Shown in pieces: positions 9,451-18,019 of a stretch of DNA of 34,145 nucleotides; positions within the stretch are counted from its first letter, which is position 1, and every line of letters starts with the position of its first letter. The stretch is taken from positions 1 to 34,145 of IMG/VR virus record IMGVR_UViG_3300020200_000088; one strand, written 5' to 3'. This stretch comes from a virus (taxonomy: Duplodnaviria > Caudoviricetes). The notes below the pieces were generated by a model. That model ran no database searches and was not told the DNA's origin. It worked only from the letters and a program-made list of their open reading frames with translations. Made by a program: the position numbers and the translations under genes.

Positions 9451-10341
9451 TCAAGACAAAACAAAATTGACGAATCCAACAGTGGAATAGTCTGTGCCAC
9501 CATTTACTCCACCGCTTTGACTGAAGTGTAGCTCATAACTTTTTGCTGATGCTGGAAAGGATAGAGTAGTTGTTTGAAAACTTCCTGTTGTTAAGGTAGA
9601 GTTTCCACTCCAAGTTAGTTGAGCAATAAGTGTTGAAGTGTTTTGGTCATATAAGTCTAAGCCACCAGAAACTCCTGCCATATTCATTCCAACAGCTGTA
9701 AATGCCAGATTAGAAAACAAAGGATATTCGGTTGGATTGAAGTGTGCAAGACCTATCACGGTAGGAGATGTAAGGTTTGTTCTGTTATATCCAGCAACGT
9801 TAATCTTTTGAATTGAGCTAGATATTTCCCATTGCCCGACGCCGTTATATTGGATGGTGATGTTTCCACCACCAACCAAGAAAGGATAACTGCTGGCTGC
9901 ATTCACATATCTGATTGAACCAGTTATCTTTGGCGAAGTAATAGAGCCAGTTACCTGTGTGTGCCCTTGTACTAAAAGGTTATTGGCAGTAGAGATTTGT
10001 CCAGAAGCTGAAAGAGAGTTAGCAAGATTTACTGCTCCTGTTATTTGTGTTGTTCCTTCAACAGTAAAGTTACCAGACACATGAAGATCTCCACCAAATA
10101 CAGAAACTGCCGGATTTATTCCACCCTTTGCACCAATAGCTCCAGACACATAAAAAAATGTATCTCTTCCTACAGCACCAGAAGGAAAAACAGTTGAATT
10201 AATAACACCTTGATTTAATGGAGTACCCATTGCTCCAGAACCATAGATCAAAAGACAGTTTGTGGAGTTAACGTTACTCCCCGTAACAATGATTTTGTTT
10301 ACTTGAATTTGATCTGCACGAAAGTCAACTGAGTTTGCCAT
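9451..10341 (-). CDS. Putative tail fibre/virion protein (DFRAxQ N-terminus, ITGS repeats)
   Basis: Shares modules with 12469-13209 and 10847-12406. Confidence 0.65.
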   Translation of the reverse strand: MANSVDFRADQIQVNKIIVTGSNVNSTNCLLIYGSGAMGTPLNQGVINSTVFPSGAVGRDTFFYVSGAIGAKGGINPAVSVFGGDLHVSGNFTVEGTTQITGAVNLANSLSASGQISTANNLLVQGHTQVTGSITSPKITGSIRYVNAASSYPFLVGGGNITIQYNGVGQWEISSSIQKINVAGYNRTNLTSPTVIGLAHFNPTEYPLFSNLAFTAVGMNMAGVSGGLDLYDQNTSTLIAQLTWSGNSTLTTGSFQTTTLSFPASAKSYELHFSQSGGVNGGTDYSTVGFVNFVLS

Positions 10342-10375
10342 TATAATGTCCTATGTGTTGTAAATAGACAAAAAA

Positions 10376-10792
10376 CTAATAAGTCTTGTTAAAGTAGTAA
10401 TTATCGGTTAAAGCGTACCTAGTAGTTGTTATTGTAGTGTCTGAACTATTTTGATCGTGCAATGTTGTCCAAGTTACTGCATCACTGCTGCCTTGAATAA
10501 GCCAACGAATAGGATCTCTTCCATCATCATCGTTTCCTGTGCGATATCGAAATGCATCGGTTTGTCTTATAGATCCAAAGTCAACTTGCAAAATAGCATA
10601 AAGATTGCTGTTAAAGTTATAATCTAACCATTTAGTGTTTTGGTTGTTGTCGATACCTTTGGATGGTTCCTAATGGTGTTGTAGCATAGTTGCAGTATTC
10701 AGATCTATACCAACAGCAATTGCTGTGGTTGATAGTTTAAACCGATGACGATTAGGAATTGTTATATAGAGAGGTTTGCGTTCGTTTGACAA
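10376..10792 (-). pseudogene. F5/8-type-C (discoidin)-like carbohydrate-binding domain gene interrupted by an in-frame TAG at 10670-10672
   Basis: TTG 10792 after AGGGA; 40 codons, TAG, then same-frame EPSKGIDNNQNTKWLD...RTGNDD..RDP.RW...GS.D..TW. Confidence 0.55.
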
Positions 10793-10829
10793 TGGTTCCC
10801 TGTTTTACCATAAGTATCACAGGGAACCA
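10793..10829 (-). promoter_or_regulatory. Hairpin covering the RBS, with TACTTA motif in the loop (possibly also a terminator)
   Basis: 11-bp perfect stem TGGTTCCCTGT/ACAGGGAACCA; motif at 10811-10816. Confidence 0.55.
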
Positions 10830-10846
10830 AAGTTTGTTGTAAACTA

Positions 10847-12406
10847 CTAGTAAACAACAGTTGATTCTATACCATCAAATACATTTTCACCAACACCGCC
10901 GGAAAGAATCATTTTTTTCACTACTTGGGAATACCAGTTAACTGTTCCAGCAGAACCTGTGCAACAAATGTCGCCGTTGTTGTTTACGTTAACATCCCAT
11001 GTTTGGGCGTTTGATCCTTCGTAAATGGTATCAATTTCTGTTGCAGCAAGAATTGTAAAAACGCCAGCCTGATTTTTTCTTGTTGTTACAGAGAACTTCC
11101 AAGATGCGTAGTCGTCTGTTGCTGATGCAGCAGCAATAACGTTGAAGTCAACTATGCCAACAGAAGCTGCATCGATATCTGCTGTTAGCAAGCCACCACT
11201 CAAAACTGTTCCTGTTGCGTTTCCTGTAGACATGGTTACATATAGCGGACGAACGTTAATAAGGCCATCAAACACAACGTCAATTTTGTTTGCGGTATCA
11301 GATCTACGAAACCAAAAGTCAGAGTTTGCACCAAAACTTCCAGAATAAACTGAAAGGCTTGCACCGTTTGCTAGGATTACACCACCACCAAGTTGCTGAC
11401 TTTGTGTACCATCAAACACTGCAAGGCTTTGCGTAACAAGAACGTTGCTGTCGATGTTAAGAACTTTGGCAATGCTGTATGGAGCATCAGAAAGGAAGGT
11501 GGCATCGTTTGAACCGCTGATTGTACGAATGCCAAGAGTACCGCTTCTGTGTGTAAAGCTGCTTGAAGCCGCAAAAGAACCATTTTGGTTGAACTGTACT
11601 TGTGTGTCTGAGCCAACTGGAGAACCATCAGAAGATCCTGTGATTTCCCATTGAAGAGTTGCATCTCTCCAGTTTACGGTAATGTTTGAACCAGCTTTTA
11701 GGATAGGGTTTCCGTTTGAAGAACCGCTTAGAGCACCAGAGATATATGTAAATTGACCTGTGCTACCAGAGATTATACCTGATGCAAATACAGAACCTGT
11801 GTGTTGTGTTGTGCCTTGGACTAGCAGGTTGCCTGCTGTTGATATGTTACCAGAAGCAGAAATCGTCTGTGAAGCATTTAGTGCGCCGCTTACAGTCAAT
11901 GCTTTAAATGTAGAAGAAGCACCAGCTTGGAAACCGCTTGATGCGCTTACAACGTTACCGAAGTAAGCAGCACCTGTATGGAATGATGTACCTTGTACAT
12001 ACAAAGCCCCTTGGGTTGAAATGTCTGTAGAAGCACTTAAACCTTGTGAAGCTGTTAGGCGACCTGTGACTGTGATTACGTCACTTGATGCATCACCCAA
12101 AGTTGCGTTACCAGCAAAAAATGCTGAACCTGTAAACTGTGAAGCACCTTGAACAAAAAGGTTGCCTGCTGTTGATACGTTTCCTGATGACGAAACAGCA
12201 CCTACTGTTGTTAATGTACCAGCAAGACTTACTGCACCTGTAAGTTGTGTTTCACCTTGAACAAACAATGCTCCTTGTGCAGAAATGTTTGTTGATGCTG
12301 AAAGAGCACCTGTGATATATGATGTTCCACCAACGAATATATTGTCAGAATCTAAGGTATGGTGGGAACCACTTAGATTCAAATGAGTTTTACGTTTTAT
12401 AGCCAC
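10847..12406 (-). CDS. Putative tail fibre protein with beta-helix-like repeats
   Basis: Four SASxxISTxGxLxVQGxxxxTG repeats; GSDTQVQFN motif; GTG start with GAGGAG RBS. Confidence 0.7.
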   Translation of the reverse strand: MAIKRKTHLNLSGSHHTLDSDNIFVGGTSYITGALSASTNISAQGALFVQGETQLTGAVSLAGTLTTVGAVSSSGNVSTAGNLFVQGASQFTGSAFFAGNATLGDASSDVITVTGRLTASQGLSASTDISTQGALYVQGTSFHTGAAYFGNVVSASSGFQAGASSTFKALTVSGALNASQTISASGNISTAGNLLVQGTTQHTGSVFASGIISGSTGQFTYISGALSGSSNGNPILKAGSNITVNWRDATLQWEITGSSDGSPVGSDTQVQFNQNGSFAASSSFTHRSGTLGIRTISGSNDATFLSDAPYSIAKVLNIDSNVLVTQSLAVFDGTQSQQLGGGVILANGASLSVYSGSFGANSDFWFRRSDTANKIDVVFDGLINVRPLYVTMSTGNATGTVLSGGLLTADIDAASVGIVDFNVIAAASATDDYASWKFSVTTRKNQAGVFTILAATEIDTIYEGSNAQTWDVNVNNNGDICCTGSAGTVNWYSQVVKKMILSGGVGENVFDGIESTVVY

Positions 12407-12468
12407 AGTTTATTATCTCCTCTTTGTGGACCACCATAATAGTGGACACACTATATATAGATGATAAA

Positions 12469-13209
12469 TTAAAATATTATTGAGTTAAAGTTTGCAACCA
12501 TCTTGTTAACGACTCTAACGTAGAAGAATGTTCCACCAACCGCTGTAGAACCTGTTACATCTAAAGTTCCAGAATCATTGAAGTTTACTTCCCAACCAAC
12601 TGCTCCAGAGCTCTTATCTTCTGTAATTTCGTTGATGCCAATAAATCTGAAGGTGTCGCTAGTAGCATAAAGTGTGGTTGTGCTATACTTCCACCCGGCA
12701 GCATTTACATTTCCTTGCTGGATAGCAACAATATCAACTTCATATTTTCCTACTCTGCTTGTTGTTGTATCAAACAACCCAGAAATAGAACCAGAACCAT
12801 AATTGGTTCCATCCCCGTAAACTGTTGTAGATCCAGAGAGAGAAAAACTAGATCCTCCAGAACTTGTTAATTCATATTGACCAAGAGAGTTATAATTTAC
12901 TGTTATATTTGGTCCACCAACAATAAATGGTGTACTGGCTGCGTCTGTATATCTTACAGAACCTGTTATTCCATTCAGGGAACGGAACGAACCAGAAGTT
13001 AATGCATCACCACCAAAAACAGTTTTTGCGGTAGAACTGCCAGAGATATAAACAAATACATCTGAGCCAATATTTGATGTAGAAAAACTAGAAGCAAGAT
13101 TTCCAGCAAAGTCTGCTGCACTGCTAGATGGATATATTAATATTGGAATAGAGCCAGAAGAGATTATGCGGTTAAGTCGTAATTGATTTGCTCTAAAGTC
13201 GTATGACAT
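12469..13209 (-). CDS. Putative tail fibre/virion protein, paralogous to 9451-10341 and 10847-12406
   Basis: DFRANQ N-terminus, ITGSVRY..PFIVGGPNIT module, shared C-terminal domain. Confidence 0.65.
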   Translation of the reverse strand: MSYDFRANQLRLNRIISSGSIPILIYPSSSAADFAGNLASSFSTSNIGSDVFVYISGSSTAKTVFGGDALTSGSFRSLNGITGSVRYTDAASTPFIVGGPNITVNYNSLGQYELTSSGGSSFSLSGSTTVYGDGTNYGSGSISGLFDTTTSRVGKYEVDIVAIQQGNVNAAGWKYSTTTLYATSDTFRFIGINEITEDKSSGAVGWEVNFNDSGTLDVTGSTAVGGTFFYVRVVNKMVANFNSIIF

Positions 13210-13227
13210 TATCTTATCTCTCCAAAT

Positions 13228-13941
13228 TCATGATTTTACTGCTAGGTAATGTATAGAATTATATACTGGGGCAGAAAAGGTTACCGCTGTTGATGTTAAT
13301 CCAATCGAACCGGTTTCTATGGTAACTATACCAGCATCATGATTGTTATCATCATCTATAGGTGTAAAGAATATGTTTGTTGGATATGTAGATGCAGACA
13401 ACTGAGAATACGAAGCTATAAACGTATCATTTGAGTTGTTTGGAAGAGTACCAGCAGAAGCTGTGTAATAATATGAACTGCTTACAACAACACGCTCAAT
13501 TATAACAGGAAAAGCTTCGGTGTTTTGTGGAAAATTTTTGGCATATAATGCTCTATAAACAATCTGCCCGCTAAACGGGGCAGAAACGTTTGCCATAAAT
13601 CCTGTAGTGGAAAGATTACTAGCAAAAAATCCTATGTTTTCAAAACCATGAGCAGGTAAAACTTCTAATGTCAAAAACGGTTTTTCTTTAAATATAACGT
13701 TAAATGTAGCAGCAGCAAAGTCGGTTGAGTTGAACTCAATAACATCTTCATCATATTGAACAACTGTGGCAAAACCTTGACTTAACTCTGCTTGAATTTG
13801 ATAAATAGAGTTATCAATAACAGCTAATGTCTGATCAAAGTATTCAGCTTTTCCATCAACAACCGTTGCAATGATTCTTGAAACTTGCGAACGGTTAAAT
13901 GAATAAGTTTTCTTTTTTTTGTTTGGATTAAAACCAGCCAT
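13228..13941 (-). CDS. Putative virion structural protein
   Basis: 237 aa, beta-rich with two similar halves ending FSAP...Y.A; TACTTA at 13955-13960. Confidence 0.6.
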   Translation of the reverse strand: MAGFNPNKKKKTYSFNRSQVSRIIATVVDGKAEYFDQTLAVIDNSIYQIQAELSQGFATVVQYDEDVIEFNSTDFAAATFNVIFKEKPFLTLEVLPAHGFENIGFFASNLSTTGFMANVSAPFSGQIVYRALYAKNFPQNTEAFPVIIERVVVSSSYYYTASAGTLPNNSNDTFIASYSQLSASTYPTNIFFTPIDDDNNHDAGIVTIETGSIGLTSTAVTFSAPVYNSIHYLAVKS

Positions 13942-14008
13942 AACCTATACGGTTTAAGTATAGATCAAGCTGAGATTGTAAAAAAAGATGGTTTAGTGAT
14001 GGGAAAGT

Positions 14009-14041
14009 TTAAAATATATTGCCTTCAAACTTATATTCCAT
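14009..14041 (-). pseudogene. Relic 5' end of a GIY-YIG homing endonuclease (MEYKFEGNIF*)
   Basis: 6 of the first 7 aa match the intact HEG start MEYKYEG; same upstream TAGAGAG...GTTT-ATG. Confidence 0.6.
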
Positions 14042-14081
14042 AAACAGTACCTCTCTAAGAAATATATAGCTTGAAAGTATC

Positions 14082-14121
14082 TATTTTCTAGGTTAAAATC
14101 TCAGATGCGAGGGTAGCTAGT
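14082..14121. repeat. Direct repeat copy 1 of the phoH 3' end (40 bp)
   Basis: 39/40 identical to 14998-15037; encodes LATLASEILT*. Confidence 0.95.
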
Positions 14122-14924
14122 TTCCAGCCCTTCGTCATTTTTCTTCGTCCTTTTAGAACCGCACAGAGTTTTGTTGCTTGAATATTATGTAACCGACAAA
14201 AATCAGCCAAACATTCGATCTCAGTTACAATAACCCCATCAGGACTCAATAACTGGATATTCTTATATGTTTTTGAGTTAGGATGCTCCGTTCCCATTTT
14301 CTTACCCAAATGTGCTAAACGATTTTTCTCTTTCGCTTCTTCCGTATGATGTTTGTTATAAAGTGGATGTTTTTTGCCTCTTAGAAAAGTCGATGGATCA
14401 CGTTTCTTTTTTATTGCATTTGCCAAAGTCCAACCCTTCACACTAGGAGTTTGTCCATTGAGGAGCTTCCATAAGCATTTAGCATTCAATCCGTACTCTT
14501 CAGCGAATCTCGTAACCGAGTCAATACTAGTATATAAAACTCCTTCCGGCGAAAGAAGTTGAATGTTGTCATATTTTCTTTCAAGTTGTTTTGAACCTTG
14601 CGGAGAAGATGCATCCTTGTTTAGATTATAGCATTTATTTTTGCCATAATATAGATCGATAAACCGCTGTTCAGCAATCAATCGATCTTGCTTAGTTCCT
14701 TCGACAACCTCCAGAACTTCAAAAACAAACGCTTCTTCTCCACACTTGTTGAAGTCCGCTTGCAGATACTTGTTATGGTGTTTATTCCTTCTTAGGGAAG
14801 CTGCGTGCTGATTCCATCGTTCTTTGAAACGTTTTGCAGAACCAATATATACTTTATTGTTGTTTTTATTGGTAAGCTTGTAAATACCAGACTTCAGCGA
14901 ATGTCCTTCGTATTTGTATTCCAT
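14088..14924 (-). CDS. Free-standing GIY-YIG homing endonuclease with NUMOD3 and two HTH-like (..KGW) domains
   Basis: SGIYKLTN...VYIGSA...RW..H, FEVLE, EQ..ID...YN motifs; HHTEEAKEK repeat. Confidence 0.92.
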   Translation of the reverse strand: MEYKYEGHSLKSGIYKLTNKNNNKVYIGSAKRFKERWNQHAASLRRNKHHNKYLQADFNKCGEEAFVFEVLEVVEGTKQDRLIAEQRFIDLYYGKNKCYNLNKDASSPQGSKQLERKYDNIQLLSPEGVLYTSIDSVTRFAEEYGLNAKCLWKLLNGQTPSVKGWTLANAIKKKRDPSTFLRGKKHPLYNKHHTEEAKEKNRLAHLGKKMGTEHPNSKTYKNIQLLSPDGVIVTEIECLADFCRLHNIQATKLCAVLKGRRKMTKGWKLATLASEILT

Positions 14925-14969
14925 AAACCTTTAATCTCTCTATTGATAGTTAGTAGAGAGGGCAGGTTT
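14925..14969 (-). promoter_or_regulatory. Hairpin that can sequester the HEG ribosome-binding site
   Basis: AAACCT..CTCTCTA-loop-TAGAGAG..AGGTTT directly before the ATG. Confidence 0.5.
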
Positions 14970-14997
14970 TATCTTTAATAAATTTGATCAAATTATA

Positions 14998-15037
14998 TAT
15001 TTTCTAGGTCAAAATCTCAGATGCGAGGGTAGCTAGT
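14998..15037. repeat. Direct repeat copy 2 of the phoH 3' end (40 bp)
   Basis: 39/40 identical to 14082-14121; the mismatch is synonymous (TTA/TTG Leu). Confidence 0.95.
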
Positions 15038-17637
15038 AAACTCCTCTCCCCACGAAGGAACGTTACGTGGCCGGAAATCTTTTGGGTTTTGAATCTTTCG
15101 ATAGCAATAGAAAGACCGTTGCTCACTGAATCAACGTATGTGCTATCAATCTGTTCAAGGTCACCTGTAAGAACAATTTTGGTGTTTTCACCCGCACGGG
15201 TAAGAATGGTCTTAATCTCATGTAAGTTAGTGTTTTGTGCTTCATCAATAATGATGTAAGCATTTGCGATAGAACGACCACGAATATATGTCATGGCTTG
15301 AACTTCGATAATACCTTCATCGAAATAACTTTGAAGCACTTGTTCATCGAACTTGTTTGCTGGTTCTGTAATTTTTTTCTTACGTGTGCCACCAGACGAT
15401 TCTTTGGTGGGTTCTGAGGCTCCTAAAATAAAACGTAGGTTGTCTTTGATGGGTGCTAGCCATGGCTCTAGTTTTTCGTTTAAATCGCCGGGAAGAAATC
15501 CGATATCTTTTCCTACTGGCATAATTGGACGGCAGATAACAAGTGAACGATATTTTCTTTGATTAAGCACTTGTTCAAGTCCTGCATCTATAGCAAGCAA
15601 AGTGTTGTGTGTTACGATATAATCGTCTGTAACATACAGATGTTTTTGATCTTCCACCGATATGCACCGAGCTTCTTGCGAGTTTATTGGGTTTATAGAT
15701 TGGATCGATCTTGTTGGGATATATTTTGAACGTGCCTTTTGCCGTTCAATTTTTCTGTTTAGTTTAAACAGCTGAACGTTTGGTGGCACTGAGATTTGCA
15801 CTACAAATGATGGGTAGCCTTGCTTTTTAACACCTTTATAAGTGTACGATGTTTGTTTTTCTGAGATGACTGCTTTGCCACCAAACGACCAAACTAGTTC
15901 TTGTACGTCTTTAGCTAGAGTTTGTGAGCTACTTGAAAAACTGACTCCATATCCATTTTTTGAAACAGTGCCATCTGTGTCCATCAACCCTTGCAAAACT
16001 TCCAAACGTATTTTAGAGTTGTTGTACTTGTAAACATCTGGGATAAATTTGTCGTAGGATTTATGTCCTTGCAATCCCAAACTTTCCAAACTAAGAGCTA
16101 CTTTGTTTTTTAGTTTAGCCTTGGGTTCTAAACCAGTTGTAAGGGTCCAACCTTTTAGCTGTTTGAACGTGCCATTTAAAAGCTTTGCTAATCCGCTATG
16201 GGATATGTTGTGATTTTGACAAAACAACGCTGTAGATCCCAGTATAACTTTTTCTCCTGATGAAGAACGTAAAACGTAGCGTTTGGAATCGTTGTATTTT
16301 TCGAGCAAGTTTCGTTTATCATGAATCAAATAGACATATTTTCCATGTGTTTTTTTGGAAACGGTACAGGTTTCTGGTAGTCTGGCAGTCATTTCGCTGA
16401 CAAGTTCTTCATCGGCATTTGTAAAGGTAACTGCATGACTACTGAATCCTCCGTCTCCAATCAACAATCCGAGCAAATAAGGATCAAGTGGAACTTCTTT
16501 TGATTCAAACTCCACAGATTCAACCATTGGAATGTAGTGTTTATTGCGACCATCTTTTAGTTTGAGATCATTTCGTATCTCTTTTAGGGATTTGACTGTT
16601 CCAATATTTTTTGTTGTGCGGTTTGAAACAGTTTGTGTAAACCACAAGTGATCGTCGCAACATTGTGTACTTGAACCATCAGAAAAAACCACCTCATATA
16701 TTGGTTTTATACCTTGAGGAAACACACCAGTTACTTTTGTAGGTTTACCGTTTTTACCAACAACATAGTCTCCTTTTTGGATTTTACCCATTGTTGTCCA
16801 TCCGTGTGGAGTCAATATTTTTGCATTTAAAGGTTGGGCTTTTCCACAGCCTGATTTTCCTGCAAGAGATACAAGTTTTACGCTGTCATCACAAAGAAGT
16901 TCACGGGCAAACTCTTGTTCTTTGTTACGAGCAGAGATTTTGCTGGGAATGTTTCCAAGAGGACGAAGAGGTTCACCTTTGTTTATAAAACGAGCCATTG
17001 CAGATTGTTGAGGTCCGTTTTTCAAGATAACAAACTGGTTTGGAAACAGTTCTGATTCAATATCTTCTGGGAGATGAAAGTTTGTGTCATCAGCATAAAA
17101 CTGCTTAACAAGTATATCTTCACGTTCGATTACTCTTACACCTGAGTATAGACTGTTTACTGAGGTTGCAACATTGAACTTACGATAATCTTCGCAAGCA
17201 ATACCAAGGGTTTGTGCTTTTAGACGTAAGATTGTGTCTTTTGTTACAAGAACAACTTCTTGCTCTGTGTCTTTTCGCATATAGTTTACACAGAACTGAG
17301 CAATGGTATTGTCACCGTTCTTCTTGATTTCCATTTCCATTGGAAGTTTGTGAGTAACGTTTTCTGGGAAGATATCTTCAATAGAAAGAATCTTTAGAGT
17401 TCCAAGGTTTTTACCAAGTGGCACACCAGCTTTAAAGTCTTTGTTGATTTTGGTAAGGTCTGCGAGTTTACGAACTACTTCACGGGCATTTCTACCAACT
17501 TCGTCTTGACGATCTTTGTGGCGGTCGAGCTCTTCAAGAACAATAAGAGGAAGAACTAAATCATGTTCTTCAAAACCAAACAAACTATTACTATCAGAAA
17601 GTAATACGTTTGTGTCGAGAATATAAGTTTTTTTCAT
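15004..17637 (-). CDS. phoH: PIN-domain PhoH-family ATPase (PhoH2/YlaK-like) containing an intein
   Basis: ILDTNVL..LEELD PIN motifs; Walker A GKSGCGK|T; GFLPG, YIRGRSI, IIDEAQN, TGDLEQID motifs. Confidence 0.95.
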   Translation of the reverse strand: MKKTYILDTNVLLSDSNSLFGFEEHDLVLPLIVLEELDRHKDRQDEVGRNAREVVRKLADLTKINKDFKAGVPLGKNLGTLKILSIEDIFPENVTHKLPMEMEIKKNGDNTIAQFCVNYMRKDTEQEVVLVTKDTILRLKAQTLGIACEDYRKFNVATSVNSLYSGVRVIEREDILVKQFYADDTNFHLPEDIESELFPNQFVILKNGPQQSAMARFINKGEPLRPLGNIPSKISARNKEQEFARELLCDDSVKLVSLAGKSGCGKAQPLNAKILTPHGWTTMGKIQKGDYVVGKNGKPTKVTGVFPQGIKPIYEVVFSDGSSTQCCDDHLWFTQTVSNRTTKNIGTVKSLKEIRNDLKLKDGRNKHYIPMVESVEFESKEVPLDPYLLGLLIGDGGFSSHAVTFTNADEELVSEMTARLPETCTVSKKTHGKYVYLIHDKRNLLEKYNDSKRYVLRSSSGEKVILGSTALFCQNHNISHSGLAKLLNGTFKQLKGWTLTTGLEPKAKLKNKVALSLESLGLQGHKSYDKFIPDVYKYNNSKIRLEVLQGLMDTDGTVSKNGYGVSFSSSSQTLAKDVQELVWSFGGKAVISEKQTSYTYKGVKKQGYPSFVVQISVPPNVQLFKLNRKIERQKARSKYIPTRSIQSINPINSQEARCISVEDQKHLYVTDDYIVTHNTLLAIDAGLEQVLNQRKYRSLVICRPIMPVGKDIGFLPGDLNEKLEPWLAPIKDNLRFILGASEPTKESSGGTRKKKITEPANKFDEQVLQSYFDEGIIEVQAMTYIRGRSIANAYIIIDEAQNTNLHEIKTILTRAGENTKIVLTGDLEQIDSTYVDSVSNGLSIAIERFKTQKISGHVTFLRGERSLLATLASEILT
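15604..16839 (-). mobile_element. Class-3-type intein (412 aa) with LAGLIDADG endonuclease, inserted in the PhoH P-loop
   Basis: Starts AQPL, ends VTHN|T; DHLW (block B Trp), ARCISV (block F Cys), Thr in block G; LLGLLIGDG and LQGLMDTDG motifs. Confidence 0.92.
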
Positions 17638-17669
17638 TTAATCATCCGTTGTTAAGTACTTATCAAACA

Positions 17670-17697
17670 ATAAAGGGCAGCGTTTGCTGCCCTTTAT
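17670..17697. terminator. Intrinsic terminator hairpin
   Basis: 12-bp stem ATAAAGGGCAGC/GCTGCCCTTTAT downstream of 17721-17942. Confidence 0.75.
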
Positions 17698-17720
17698 ATT
17701 CTAGGTGTTTATTCTAAATT

Positions 17721-17942
17721 TCACTCGGCAGACTTACGTTCTTCCTTGCGAGTATTATCAGCGGTTTGTGTTGCCTTGATAAGTTCTGCACCAAGAGTGC
17801 GAAGCTTACGAACACTTTTACGAACTCGTACTCCAGCTGAAAAATTTCCCTTTGCCGCATTCTTGTGAAGATCTTCTTCAAGTTGCTCAACCAAAAGCTT
17901 AAACTCTGACCATATATCTAGCACCAAACGTGATTCACTCAT
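17721..17942 (-). CDS. Histone H1-like (Hc1-family) nucleoid protein
   Basis: KGNFSAGVRVRK motif in a small basic helical protein; AGGAG RBS. Confidence 0.7.
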   Translation of the reverse strand: MSESRLVLDIWSEFKLLVEQLEEDLHKNAAKGNFSAGVRVRKSVRKLRTLGAELIKATQTADNTRKEERKSAE

Positions 17943-18019
17943 ATTGTTTTCTCCTGTAAGTTGGGTGGTTTAGTTGTTAGGATAAAACAAAACCGGCATT
18001 TGTATAGGTGGGAAAGCTA

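Noticed and set aside
10670-10672. Genome-wide TAG recoding (code 15)
   Set aside because: phoH, the HEG, the GroEL-like gene and others end cleanly at TAG, and genes are not fragmented in code 11
13942-15003. Group I intron or IS element around the first GIY-YIG gene
   Set aside because: No recognisable intron core, transposase or terminal inverted repeats; the flanks are short and explained by the phoH-end duplication
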